From Candidatus Moanibacter sp. (GTDB lineage: Bacteria > Verrucomicrobiota > Verrucomicrobiia > Opitutales > UBA2987), in NCBI GenBank assembly GCA_965215885.1, contig CBDCEW010000076.1, positions 1 through 25,714 of the forward strand: a stretch of DNA of 25,714 bases. The letters run 5' to 3'. Under the pieces are notes generated by a model, which saw nothing but the letters and a program-made list of their open reading frames with translations, was not told where the DNA came from and did no database searches. Made by a program: the position numbers and the translations under genes. This document shows, piece after piece, positions 1-9,100 of this stretch; the stretch's first letter is position 1, and each line of letters begins with the position of its first letter.

Positions 1-44
1 TCATCCCCTGGTGCTTTTTTCTCTGAGCTTCAAAGCGGTCAGAT

Positions 45-1595
45 TCAGGCTGCCTGTTCCAGTTCCTCCCCTCGGCGTTTCTTCATCAGTATGATGCGGC
101 AGAAGTTGTAGGCCAGAACCTTCTCGAGCAGTTCATCGCCTACCGCATCGATGCCGCGGCGGCCGAGTTCGCCAAAGGCAAATCCATCTTTAATCGTGAA
201 CATCAGCGACTCCACTGCGGAGCGATCGCGGCGTGCCTCGCGATACGCCTCGCTCTCCCAGTCCTCGGGGGTGGTCAACTTCTTGCCCTTCGCCCCACTG
301 ATACTGATCTGCTTTACCCCCATGCCCAGCACCTCCTTGCGTCCCTTCGCCGAAGCATATCCGTCATCGGTGCTGACCAGTTCAGCAATGACACCGGTGC
401 GCTTGATCGAATCGCCGATGGCCGGCGCCAGCTCAATGGAGTCTGCCGCGTTGCCTTGCGGTACGATCAGGCTGGTGACAAAACCGTTTTCGCTGCGAAC
501 CAGTTGTGGCTTGTACCCGATCACTGGATTGCGGCTGCCCTTCTTGATGTAGGCCGCCGATCCGTCCGAGAGGCTCAGGACCTTCTGTGTGGACGGTAGC
601 TTCTTTTCGTGAAACACCCGATCATGAGCATACTCAACAACCCGCTTGGCGTCGGCAATATCGCCCCTGATCTGGCTCAATGCCCGCTCCAGAAGCTCCC
701 GGCGAGTGGGAGGCAGTGAATCCATCGACAGGCCCTCTTCAAGATGGCTCAGTTCCCCCGTTAGTGAGTCGGCCGCCTTGCGGCCCCGCTTGAGCAACCG
801 CCGGTAGTGTTTCTTCAGCTTGCCCTTCGACTTCGGTTTGCCCGCGGCCAGACAAATCTGAAACTCCAGCTTGTCCATTTCCTCCAGCCAACGCCCAACC
901 CATCCCTTGCGAAAATCCTCCAGCCCGAAGACATGCAACTTCTGACCCAAACGATTGGCCCGCATCAAAAGACCGCTCAGAATCTTCCCATCGGTGGGCC
1001 AGCAGCTGTTTGCTTTCACCGAGGTGCTGTCGATCGTCAGCTTCCCGAAATCGTCCCATTGCTCCTGGAGGATAAACCCAATCTGTTTATCAAAGATCAA
1101 CTCGCGGGTCGTATGGCTGACCAGGTTCACGTTCTCCAGAATCGTCGTCACCGCCGGCATTCTCAGTCCCCCGCTCTGCAAAAATCCGTACAAGCTCATC
1201 GACTCGCGCACAAACCGCCGTGCCGGTTTCGTGGTCAACGAACCCAGAAACCCTCGAAGCATCACGAACACGTATACCGCATAAGCCGGCATCCGCGGCC
1301 GGCCTGCCCCAAGATTCAATTCAGCAGCCAGAATATTCTCCTCCTCGATGTCCAGCTCCGGCAGCTCCGCTGTGCGCCCTTCAAAGAACCTGCGATCTTC
1401 CAATCGAAGTTTCTTCTTCTCACGCGCATGGGCGTCCAGATCCTTCTCGATCGCCTCGATGATTTGCGCCGCGAACCCGGCCAATTCTTCAACTTTATCC
1501 AGAAAATCACGGAAATCCGTGTCTGGAACCGGCAGAATGAGGTTGCTAAGGGGCGTCTTATCGCTTTTGTTCTCCTCTGTCGCACATGTTGGCAT
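45..1595 (-). CDS. DDE transposase (IS5/ISNCY-like), about 516 aa
   Basis: Motifs LTIDSTSVKAN, VSTDDGY and RSAVESLM give the D-D-E triad. ATG at 1595 follows AGAAAGGAG and is preferred over the ORF-track start at 1715. Confidence 0.9.
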   Translation of the reverse strand: MPTCATEENKSDKTPLSNLILPVPDTDFRDFLDKVEELAGFAAQIIEAIEKDLDAHAREKKKLRLEDRRFFEGRTAELPELDIEEENILAAELNLGAGRPRMPAYAVYVFVMLRGFLGSLTTKPARRFVRESMSLYGFLQSGGLRMPAVTTILENVNLVSHTTRELIFDKQIGFILQEQWDDFGKLTIDSTSVKANSCWPTDGKILSGLLMRANRLGQKLHVFGLEDFRKGWVGRWLEEMDKLEFQICLAAGKPKSKGKLKKHYRRLLKRGRKAADSLTGELSHLEEGLSMDSLPPTRRELLERALSQIRGDIADAKRVVEYAHDRVFHEKKLPSTQKVLSLSDGSAAYIKKGSRNPVIGYKPQLVRSENGFVTSLIVPQGNAADSIELAPAIGDSIKRTGVIAELVSTDDGYASAKGRKEVLGMGVKQISISGAKGKKLTTPEDWESEAYREARRDRSAVESLMFTIKDGFAFGELGRRGIDAVGDELLEKVLAYNFCRIILMKKRRGEELEQAA

Positions 1596-1627
1596 GTTTA
1601 ACTCCTTTCTTAATCTTAGGTTGTTAA

Positions 1628-1657
1628 ACACTAGCATGTTGCGACACTTTTTATCAA
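1628..1657 (-). promoter_or_regulatory. Putative sigma70 promoter of transposase copy 1
   Basis: Minus strand reads TTGATA-N18-TAGTGT with a TG extended -10, upstream of the RBS and ATG 1595. Confidence 0.4.
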
Positions 1658-1784
1658 GCCAAAAAATGATTTTTCTCAAGTTTTTCTTGCGCCTTTTGCG
1701 CCTCTTTGCGGCCAATCAGTAGCTTTTCGGATAAGGTCTTGCTATTACCCCCCGAAGGAGTCAGAAGGAAAAACCTACTTAAAA

Positions 1785-3863
1785 GTGGACGGTTTCGAAT
1801 CGACCGGTGACAATATTAGAATCGCAACGAGAAACAAAGAAGGACCGGCTCCCGGAAAAAATAAGCGACTTACACGGATAGTTCTGGCATTCGTCTTTAG
1901 CGCTTTTCTGACGACGGTTGTCATTCATTGGTCGTTTGACAGCGGCAGGTTGTCGCAGGATGCAGGATTCGACGACGTTACCTACCTGACAGACGGCCTG
2001 CAGAGGCTCCAGCTTCTATATGAGAAAGGGGTTGGAGCCTACCTCGCCGACTGGGTCATTCATCCGGCTCACAGCCCGCTCACTTCTCTGTTCGTTACCA
2101 TCTCGATGGCAATCTTTGGGGTCTACGATTGGTCACCCTACATTTTGAACGGCCTGATTCTGGCTCTCTTATTAATTCATGTCCTACGAGAGGGGGAGCG
2201 TCTGCACCTCTCCTGGTCGGTCATGGCTTCTATATTCGTATTATCCTTTCCGTTTTCTTCATACCTCATTCACGAATTAAGACCGGACCTGAGCTGCGCC
2301 GTATTCACGGGAATTGCGAGCTATTCCATTTTGATCGGGACCGACGATAGAGGAAAACGCCGGCGACTGTTTGCAGGCGGGTTACTGTTCACACTGGCTC
2401 TCTTGAGTAAACCTACGATTTTCCCTCACACTTTTTCACTGTTCGGTGCGTGTATAATCCTTCGCTTAGGCAGGAATTTCTTCGAATGCGATGATGCTGA
2501 TTCCGCATTTCTCAAACGAATTAACGCTAAAGAGATTCTTCCGATCGTGAGCCCGGTTCTGTTGATCGGTGGACCTCTCCTCGCTTTCTGTATGAAGGAG
2601 GCTGTGGCCTATTTCTTTTACCACACTTTTGGAGCGCAGGGTGGGCTGTGGGAAATACAGGGTGGGTTGGTCGAGTCAGCGACGTTCTTTCTCACAAAGG
2701 CCTATAACATGCTTATGGGAGTTCACGGGATCGCGCTCTTCATAATCATAATAACTGCACTGCTTCTAACGGCTTACAGGCGCGATAAGGCGGAGGGTTG
2801 GAACCTGTTTAGCTTACTTTTTCTTTCTCTGTTATCCTTTTCAATATTCGCGGCAGGAAGAGTGGGGATGGATTTTTTTGGTGCATTCTACATCATCTTT
2901 CTGATCCTTACTTTTGTAAGATCCTTATACTATATTGCGGATTTTTCTTATTCGTTTCCCCGACTGAAGTGGGTCTTCGCATTCATAGCAATTGGCCTCC
3001 TGTTTCTCAACGTTTCAGTCCACCGACTCGACGCTTTATGGGAACACAATCCGAGGGAAAATAGGAACCTCGTCTTAAAGGGTAATAGCGTAAACGAGCA
3101 GATAATTTCAAGATTAGCTTCCGATCCCATAACGAGTCGATCTTCCAACCTCCGTGTCTTTGTGACTTTCGCGGGCCTGGTTAACGAGTGGACTCTCGAC
3201 TGGTTGGCAATGAAGAGAGAACTGCCCGTCGAATTCTTCGATCACCAGCTCCTCAAAGACCATTCTTTATACAGGAAATCGATTGAGGAAAGCCCCCTGA
3301 TTCTTTATGCCGGTGACAATACAGTCGGAATTTACGAGTGGTTACCCTCCTGGGAGATTCGTCAGGAAATAGGAGCGATTCTTCAGGACCCAAGATACAG
3401 ACTGATCGAGCAATTCCAGTCTCCCGGCCCCGGAAGTTTTAAGCTCTACATGAACCGGGAATTGATCGAACAGCGCCATGGATTATTTGGCCAATTTGAC
3501 AAATGGACCGGGTTTCTCCCCTCCGAAGGTCCCTCCCCCCAGTGGAACTTGGGAATTGTCAGATGGGGCCTCTGGCCGCAAAGCAATGTTGACGCTAATC
3601 TTGTGGGAGAGTGGGAAGTTGCCCTGGGCATCAGCCTTCGATCTCCAGTTGACCAGATGGTAATTATTTCCACCAATGGAGAACCCATTAGAGAAATTGA
3701 GATTCCAGCTGGCGATTCATTTAGCTCCTTTGACATCCCGCTGGGTCGACGGAAAGGTCAGATAAATCTTGTCCTTGATTACAGTACAAAACCAGGGGAA
3801 GACATCGACGGATTCCTTCGCGCAGCGCTATTTCGACGTTTAGAGCTGATCAGAAACAGGTGA
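1785..3863 (+). CDS. Multi-pass membrane GT-C-like (ArnT/PMT, family 39-like) glycosyltransferase with a soluble C-terminal domain
   Basis: N-terminal TM followed by an acidic loop (GFDDVTY), ELRPD and LSKP motifs, roughly a dozen hydrophobic segments, then a soluble tail. More AT-rich than the flanking IS copies. Start codon uncertain. Confidence 0.7.
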   Translation: MDGFESTGDNIRIATRNKEGPAPGKNKRLTRIVLAFVFSAFLTTVVIHWSFDSGRLSQDAGFDDVTYLTDGLQRLQLLYEKGVGAYLADWVIHPAHSPLTSLFVTISMAIFGVYDWSPYILNGLILALLLIHVLREGERLHLSWSVMASIFVLSFPFSSYLIHELRPDLSCAVFTGIASYSILIGTDDRGKRRRLFAGGLLFTLALLSKPTIFPHTFSLFGACIILRLGRNFFECDDADSAFLKRINAKEILPIVSPVLLIGGPLLAFCMKEAVAYFFYHTFGAQGGLWEIQGGLVESATFFLTKAYNMLMGVHGIALFIIIITALLLTAYRRDKAEGWNLFSLLFLSLLSFSIFAAGRVGMDFFGAFYIIFLILTFVRSLYYIADFSYSFPRLKWVFAFIAIGLLFLNVSVHRLDALWEHNPRENRNLVLKGNSVNEQIISRLASDPITSRSSNLRVFVTFAGLVNEWTLDWLAMKRELPVEFFDHQLLKDHSLYRKSIEESPLILYAGDNTVGIYEWLPSWEIRQEIGAILQDPRYRLIEQFQSPGPGSFKLYMNRELIEQRHGLFGQFDKWTGFLPSEGPSPQWNLGIVRWGLWPQSNVDANLVGEWEVALGISLRSPVDQMVIISTNGEPIREIEIPAGDSFSSFDIPLGRRKGQINLVLDYSTKPGEDIDGFLRAALFRRLELIRNR

Positions 3864-4091
3864 TTGTTAATCCGGAATTCAGAATTACTTAACAATTCTC
3901 TTGCATGCCATTCGATAAACAGCTCTCATCCATCCAAGAAGCCTCTCAATGCAGACACCCCCTTGGGATGGATGAAGAGAGTATTCCTAGTCGAAGACAA
4001 CAGGGATAACGCTGACTTGGTAGAAGACTTCCTTTGTGAAGCTTACGAAGTTTCCTGGTTTGAAGACGGACCAAAGCTGCTCTCCTCACTA

Positions 4092-6008
4092 GACCCCATT
4101 CGAAAAGCCTTTCGAGCGGGCGGTTTAAGGTTCTCCGCCACGGGCGGACCAGCCTATGGCTGGCAGGTTTCGGGTTTTAGGCTGCCGGCGCTGCCGATGA
4201 GCAGGTATTGAGCGGCCATCGGCGTGGCTTGCTGCACAATACGTATATTTGCCGCTGTCTGGAGGCATACTCATCCCGTGGTGCTTTTTTCTCTGAGCTT
4301 CAAAGCGGTCAGATTCAGGCTGCCTGTTCCAGTTCCTCCCCTCGGCGTTTCTTCATCAGTATGATGCGGCAGAAGTTGTAGGCCAGAACCTTCTCGAGCA
4401 GTTCATCGCCTACCGCATCGATGCCGCGGCGGCCGAGTTCGCCAAAGGCAAATCCATCTTTAATCGTGAACATCAGCGACTCCACTGCGGAGCGATCGCG
4501 GCGTGCCTCGCGATACGCCTCGCTCTCCCAGTCCTCGGGGGTGGTCAACTTCTTGCCCTTCGCCCCACTGATACTGATCTGCTTTACCCCCATGCTCAGC
4601 ACCTCCTTGCGTCCCTTCGCCGAAGCATATCCGTCATCGGTGCTGACCAGTTCAGCAATGACACCGGTGCGCTTGATCGAATCGCCGATGGCCGGCGCCA
4701 GCTCAATGGAGTCTGCCGCGTTGCCTTGCGGTACGATCAGGCTGGTGACAAAACCGTTTTCGCTGCGAACCAGTTGTGGCTTGTACCCGATCACTGGATT
4801 GCGGCTGCCCTTCTTGATGTAGGCCGCCGATCCGTCCGAGAGGCTCAGGACCTTCTGTGTGGACGGTAGCTTCTTTTCGTGAAACACCCGATCATGAGCA
4901 TACTCAACAACCCGCTTGGCGTCGGCAATATCGCCCCTGATCTGGCTCAATGCCCGCTCCAGAAGCTCCCGGCGAGTGGGAGGCAGTGAATCCATCGACA
5001 GGCCCTCTTCAAGGTGGCTCAGTTCCCCCGTTAGTGAGTCGGCCGCCTTGCGGCCCCGCTTGAGCAACCGCCGGTAGTGTTTCTTCAGCTTGCCCTTCGA
5101 CTTCGGTTTGCCCGCGGCCAGACAAATCTGAAACTCCAGCTTGTCCATTTCCTCCAGCCAACGCCCAACCCATCCCTTGCGAAAATCCTCCAGCCCGAAG
5201 ACATGCAACTTCTGACCCAAACGATTGGCCCGCATCAAAAGACCGCTCAGAATCTTCCCATCGGTGGGCCAGCAGCTGTTTGCTTTCACCGAGGTGCTGT
5301 CGATCGTCAGCTTCCCGAAATCGTCCCATTGCTCCTGGAGGATAAACCCAATCTGTTTATCAAAGATCAACTCGCGGGTCGTATGGCTGACCAGGTTCAC
5401 GTTCTCCAGAATCGTCGTCACCGCCGGCATTCTCAGTCCCCCGCTCTGCAAAAATCCGTACAAGCTCATCGACTCGCGCACAAACCGCCGTGCCGGTTTC
5501 GTGGTCAACGAACCCAGAAACCCTCGAAGCATCACGAACACGTATACCGCATAAGCCGGCATCCGCGGCCGGCCTGCCCCAAGATTCAATTCAGCAGCCA
5601 GAATATTCTCCTCCTCGATGTCCAGCTCCGGCAGCTCCGCTGTGCGCCCTTCAAAGAACCTGCGATCTTCCAATCGAAGTTTCTTCTTCTCACGTGCATG
5701 GGCGTCCAGATCCTTCTCGATCGCCTCGATGATTTGCGCCGCGAACCCGGCCAATTCTTCAACTTCATCCAGAAAATCACGGAAATCCGTGTCTGGAACC
5801 GGCAGAATGAGGTTGCTAAGGGGCGTCTTATCGCTTTTGTTCTCCTCTGTCGCACATGTTGGCATGTTTAACTCCTTTCTTAATCTTAGGTTGTTAAATA
5901 CTAGCATGTTGCGACACTTTTTATCAAGCCAAAAAATGATTTTTCTCAAGTTTTTCTTGCGCCTTTTGCGCCTCTTTGCGGCCAATCAGTAGCTTTTCGG
6001 ATAAGGTC
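4092..6008 (-). mobile_element. Insertion sequence copy 2, complete, 1917 bp
   Basis: Imperfect TIRs GACCCCATTCGAAAAGC / GACCTTATCCGAAAAGC. Flanked by direct repeat TCACTA at 4086-4091 and 6009-6014 (or 4-bp CACT if the ends are one base longer). Confidence 0.95.
4315..5865 (-). CDS. DDE transposase (IS5/ISNCY-like), second copy
   Basis: Same protein as 45..1595 except K/E and G/S substitutions. Same RBS and start. Confidence 0.9.
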   Translation of the reverse strand: MPTCATEENKSDKTPLSNLILPVPDTDFRDFLDEVEELAGFAAQIIEAIEKDLDAHAREKKKLRLEDRRFFEGRTAELPELDIEEENILAAELNLGAGRPRMPAYAVYVFVMLRGFLGSLTTKPARRFVRESMSLYGFLQSGGLRMPAVTTILENVNLVSHTTRELIFDKQIGFILQEQWDDFGKLTIDSTSVKANSCWPTDGKILSGLLMRANRLGQKLHVFGLEDFRKGWVGRWLEEMDKLEFQICLAAGKPKSKGKLKKHYRRLLKRGRKAADSLTGELSHLEEGLSMDSLPPTRRELLERALSQIRGDIADAKRVVEYAHDRVFHEKKLPSTQKVLSLSDGSAAYIKKGSRNPVIGYKPQLVRSENGFVTSLIVPQGNAADSIELAPAIGDSIKRTGVIAELVSTDDGYASAKGRKEVLSMGVKQISISGAKGKKLTTPEDWESEAYREARRDRSAVESLMFTIKDGFAFGELGRRGIDAVGDELLEKVLAYNFCRIILMKKRRGEELEQAA

Positions 6009-6408
6009 TCACTAGAGGAATCTGCCATAGAGCCACCTGGCCTTTTTCTCCTGGACATCGGCTTGCCGGGAATGGATGGGGTCGAGCTGCTCGGAAAAAT
6101 CAAAGAAATTGATGGATATCAAAACATCCCTAGCATTGCCCTGACGGCTCACGCAATGGTTGGTGACGAGCCGAAATTCCGGGAGGCAGGATTCAATGGC
6201 TACGTGAGCAAACCGATTACTGATGAAGAGACGTTAGTAAATGAGATTGAGAGGCTTTTAGTTTGAAGGTGGCAGCCAGGTTATATGGTGGATGGCGCTT
6301 AAGAGGGACAAGTAATCTATACTCTAATCGCCACATTCCCGCAACTCACCAGCTTCACACCAGCAAGAAATTCGTCGTTTCCTTTGTAAGCTCTCCCTTT
6401 TAAATCCT

Positions 6409-8706
6409 TTACTCCCCGCCTCTGACCTCTTGCTCGGCCTCGCGCTCAAGGATGTCCTCCATCAACCTGTTTGCCTGCGCGTGTTTCGGTTCCCAGGCCA
6501 GCGTGTAGACAAGCTTGGCTTTGGCAGCTTCGTATTCCTGCAGGAAATAGTGGACGTATGCGAGCACGAAGTGGGCCTGATAGTCGCGCGGATGCTCCGT
6601 GACCCATTTCTTCAACCTCTCGAAGTGTACGCCAAACACATCGGGATCGTCGTATATTTCCCCCATGTTAAACTCGACCCTGCCCCAGTCCGGGATCAAC
6701 TCCATGCCGTGGACGAGGTCGTCATAAGCCGAGCGGTAGTCGCCCACGGCAATATAAACGTGGCCCCGGGCGAGATAGAGCAGCCCGTCCTCGGGCGCCT
6801 CGTCAATGGCCGCGTTAAACTCCACCAGCGCACGGTAATAACGCCCATTCTCGAATGCCGCGTAGGCCTTGCTGAGATGGTCATTCGCTTCGAATATATT
6901 GACCGGTTCGGCCTCATAGCGCGACTGCCGGTCGTAAACATAATGCGGCACGTGACGCGTCTCGTACCGGCCCAAATCGATAAAAAAGTAGAAGTTGCTC
7001 ATCCGATTGCGTATATAAGAGCGCCGCGGATAGATGTGCCACCTGTCGCGGTAGAAATAGTGCCCGCAGCCGTCACGGTGGGCGTGGTGAGAATGGCCGC
7101 TCACATACCACCTCACACCGTCGTAGAGGTGACCGCAGGTCGCCGAATGAACATGGGTTTCCGGGAAGTCATGCCACCCTCCGCGGAAGTGAAAATGCCC
7201 GCAACCATGGAAATGGACGTGCCCCCGGGAGTGGTTGTGCCAGAGGCCGTCATAGAAATAATGGCCGCAGCCGGGAGCGTGTCGGTGGTGATAACCCGCA
7301 TGGGAGAGCCAGACACCGCCATTACGGAAATGACCACAACCGGGCCCGTGGGCATGGCCGATGGCAAACGAAATCCAGCTTCCGTTGACAAAATGATGCC
7401 CGCAGCGAGGGCCGTGAACGTGGTGGCTCGGGTAATCATGCCAGCGACCGCCATGGTGGTAATGGCCGCATTGTGGCCCGTGGACATGGCCGAAATGCAG
7501 ATCGATGTTCACGTCCAATTTCTTCGTCTGTCGATGATGTCCGCCGCCCTGTCCAGCGTTATCCCTTCGCACGCTATTCCCTCTCGTCCCGGCTTCTTCG
7601 ATTAGTGACGCCGGTCGGAGACCTGTAACACCGCGGACACCCTTGCTCGCAACGATGGCGTCGATGGCCACACGCATCTGCTTCTCCCTCCGCACGCGTG
7701 TTTCACGATCGATCCCTTCCTGAAGCCCGCTGTAGCTGAATTGGGAATCCGACCGAGTCTGTTTATAGACCTTCGAGGGACGGGAAATCACATCAACGGG
7801 CGCTTTAAGGAGAGTCTCATTCGACCGGTCGGATGCAGCGGATCTCTGCCCAACCACCGAAACTGAGGATCCCGTGCCCGCTCGTTCATACCGCCGGATT
7901 TTGCCATACCACCGGTTGCGGGTGGCATTGTTGTCGCTCACCTCACCGCTTCGGCCGCGTCCCGTAGAAGGACCTTCGCGACTGATCCTGGGCTGCACGG
8001 AGCGCCGTTTGCCCGCTTCCCGATTCAATGGGCCACGAGCGCGACTGGCATCAGGCCGGCGGTGGGTGCGGGTCAAATCCTGTGTGGTTGTGGAACCGCT
8101 TTGGTGTTCATTTCGGTGAACTGAATGGGAGCGAGAACGCCCCGTGCGGCCGGTCGCCTCAGCGGCCGGGACCCCCCGCCCAATTGACGATTGGTTGGCT
8201 GAAGAGGATTCGGAGGAGGAGCGACGTTTCGCAAGTGATTGAGCCGGGGAGGAGCGGCCGTGGAGGGATCGCGCAGGGGACGATCTTTCCCTTGGGATAA
8301 CAGCGGCTCGATGCCTCATGGCTGAGCTGGAGGTTGGTTCCGTCCGAGACCTCGATCCGCCTGTCCTTCTTGAGGCTCTGCTAACGGAGGACTGTGATCT
8401 GCCTCGACCGGCCGATCTTTCCCTTGAAGAGTGATATTCCCGGCTCGGCGAGCGGTTCACCGTTTCGGAACGGCTCCGCGCCTTTTTCGTTTCCGGTTCC
8501 CTGCCATCATCCTCGCCTCTGAGATCGAACCCAGGACCCGCCAGTAACCACAAAACCGATACGGTGGTCCAAATCACGATCTTTCGATTCAGTTTCATCA
8601 CACGCTCATCTTTCCCCCTGGGAATCTGTTGGACCCTAAGGCCGACGGATTCCTGGCCCCTGCATTTCACAAGCCACCGGCTGCCACGGCGGATCTCATT
8701 GCCCAT
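6409..8706 (-). CDS. Probable exported protein: hydrophobic leader, Arg/Ser-rich low-complexity region, 7x HxHxxxCGH repeats, C-terminal TPRs
   Basis: MKLNRKIVIWTTVSVLWLLAG is signal-peptide-like (alternative start 8598; ATG 8706 has AGGAG upstream). TPR-like helices AYAAFENGRYYRALVEFNAAI, LARGHVYIAVGDYRSAY, FVLAYVHYFLQEYEAA. Confidence 0.85.
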   Translation of the reverse strand: MGNEIRRGSRWLVKCRGQESVGLRVQQIPRGKDERVMKLNRKIVIWTTVSVLWLLAGPGFDLRGEDDGREPETKKARSRSETVNRSPSREYHSSRERSAGRGRSQSSVSRASRRTGGSRSRTEPTSSSAMRHRAAVIPRERSSPARSLHGRSSPAQSLAKRRSSSESSSANQSSIGRGVPAAEATGRTGRSRSHSVHRNEHQSGSTTTQDLTRTHRRPDASRARGPLNREAGKRRSVQPRISREGPSTGRGRSGEVSDNNATRNRWYGKIRRYERAGTGSSVSVVGQRSAASDRSNETLLKAPVDVISRPSKVYKQTRSDSQFSYSGLQEGIDRETRVRREKQMRVAIDAIVASKGVRGVTGLRPASLIEEAGTRGNSVRRDNAGQGGGHHRQTKKLDVNIDLHFGHVHGPQCGHYHHGGRWHDYPSHHVHGPRCGHHFVNGSWISFAIGHAHGPGCGHFRNGGVWLSHAGYHHRHAPGCGHYFYDGLWHNHSRGHVHFHGCGHFHFRGGWHDFPETHVHSATCGHLYDGVRWYVSGHSHHAHRDGCGHYFYRDRWHIYPRRSYIRNRMSNFYFFIDLGRYETRHVPHYVYDRQSRYEAEPVNIFEANDHLSKAYAAFENGRYYRALVEFNAAIDEAPEDGLLYLARGHVYIAVGDYRSAYDDLVHGMELIPDWGRVEFNMGEIYDDPDVFGVHFERLKKWVTEHPRDYQAHFVLAYVHYFLQEYEAAKAKLVYTLAWEPKHAQANRLMEDILEREAEQEVRGGE
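7039..7488 (-). repeat. Seven tandem ~22-aa coding repeats, consensus HxHxxxCGH[FYHL]xxxxxW
   Basis: HVHGPQCGH, HVHGPRCGH, HAHGPGCGH, HRHAPGCGH, HVHFHGCGH, HVHSATCGH, HAHRDGCGH, each followed by W seven residues later. Confidence 0.95.
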
Positions 8707-8747
8707 GAAGGTCTTCTCCTGTCAGCTGACTTTGGTGCTCTACTATA

Positions 8748-8775
8748 TAAGACGCGTGGATATTGGATTTATTCA
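8748..8775 (-). promoter_or_regulatory. Possible ECF-sigma promoter upstream of the His-repeat gene
   Basis: Minus strand TGAATA-N15-CGTCTTA resembles ECF-type GAAx...CGTC promoters and lies about 40 bp before ATG 8706. Confidence 0.35.
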
Positions 8776-9100
8776 TATTCTTTCTTGCGCTATCGATCCG
8801 CCGGATTCATACTCACTTTCGCGGAAGCTTCATCCAATATTACTGTGATGCGACGATGAAGTTGGCGACCGCGCGCAATCCCGTCATTCGCATGGAGGGA
8901 GGTTCGCTTTCAATCACTATCAGAATGTCTTTGCCGCCGGACGGCCCACGTGCATGACCAGTCCATGCAACGCAAAACGCGCCTGCCTGTCGTCAATCTT
9001 GCCGGGCGCTGCGAGCATTTTACAGACCGCCACCAGCTTGGCGCCCGGATAGGAAAGGTGGTAGTTTCGCTAAGCAATACCAACCACGCTTTCATGCGCT

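Larger units (their letters stand above)
1..1738 (-). mobile_element. Insertion sequence copy 1 (IS5/ISNCY-like DDE element), cut by the left window edge
   Basis: Matches 4271..6008 at offset 4270 except for six substitutions spotted by eye. Ends in the terminal inverted repeat ...GCTTTTCGGATAAGGTC. Confidence 0.95.
3972..6266 (+). pseudogene. Single-domain CheY/DivK-like response regulator interrupted by IS copy 2
   Basis: 3972..4091 (MKRVFLVEDNRDNADLV...LLSSL) joins in frame to 6015..6266 (EESAIEPPGLFLLDIGLPGMDG...ALTAHAM...YVSKP), giving a 123-aa receiver with the acidic pocket, phospho-Asp, Thr and KP intact. Confidence 0.93.

Noticed and set aside
1596..1715. Basic N-terminal extension MAAKRRKRRKK of the transposase
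   Set aside because: It overlaps the predicted promoter and IS end. A strong RBS precedes the ATG at 1595.
1..6014. Composite transposon that delivered the glycosyltransferase
   Set aside because: Copy 2 has its own TSD on both sides and splits a gene whose halves rejoin, so it inserted independently.
7039..7488. Multiheme cytochrome or CRISPR-like array
   Set aside because: Only one Cys per unit (no CxxCH). The repeat is conserved at protein level, with no identical DNA repeats or spacers.
6430..7605. 391-aa plus-strand ORF
   Set aside because: Antisense shadow of the His-repeat/TPR gene with no recognisable motifs.
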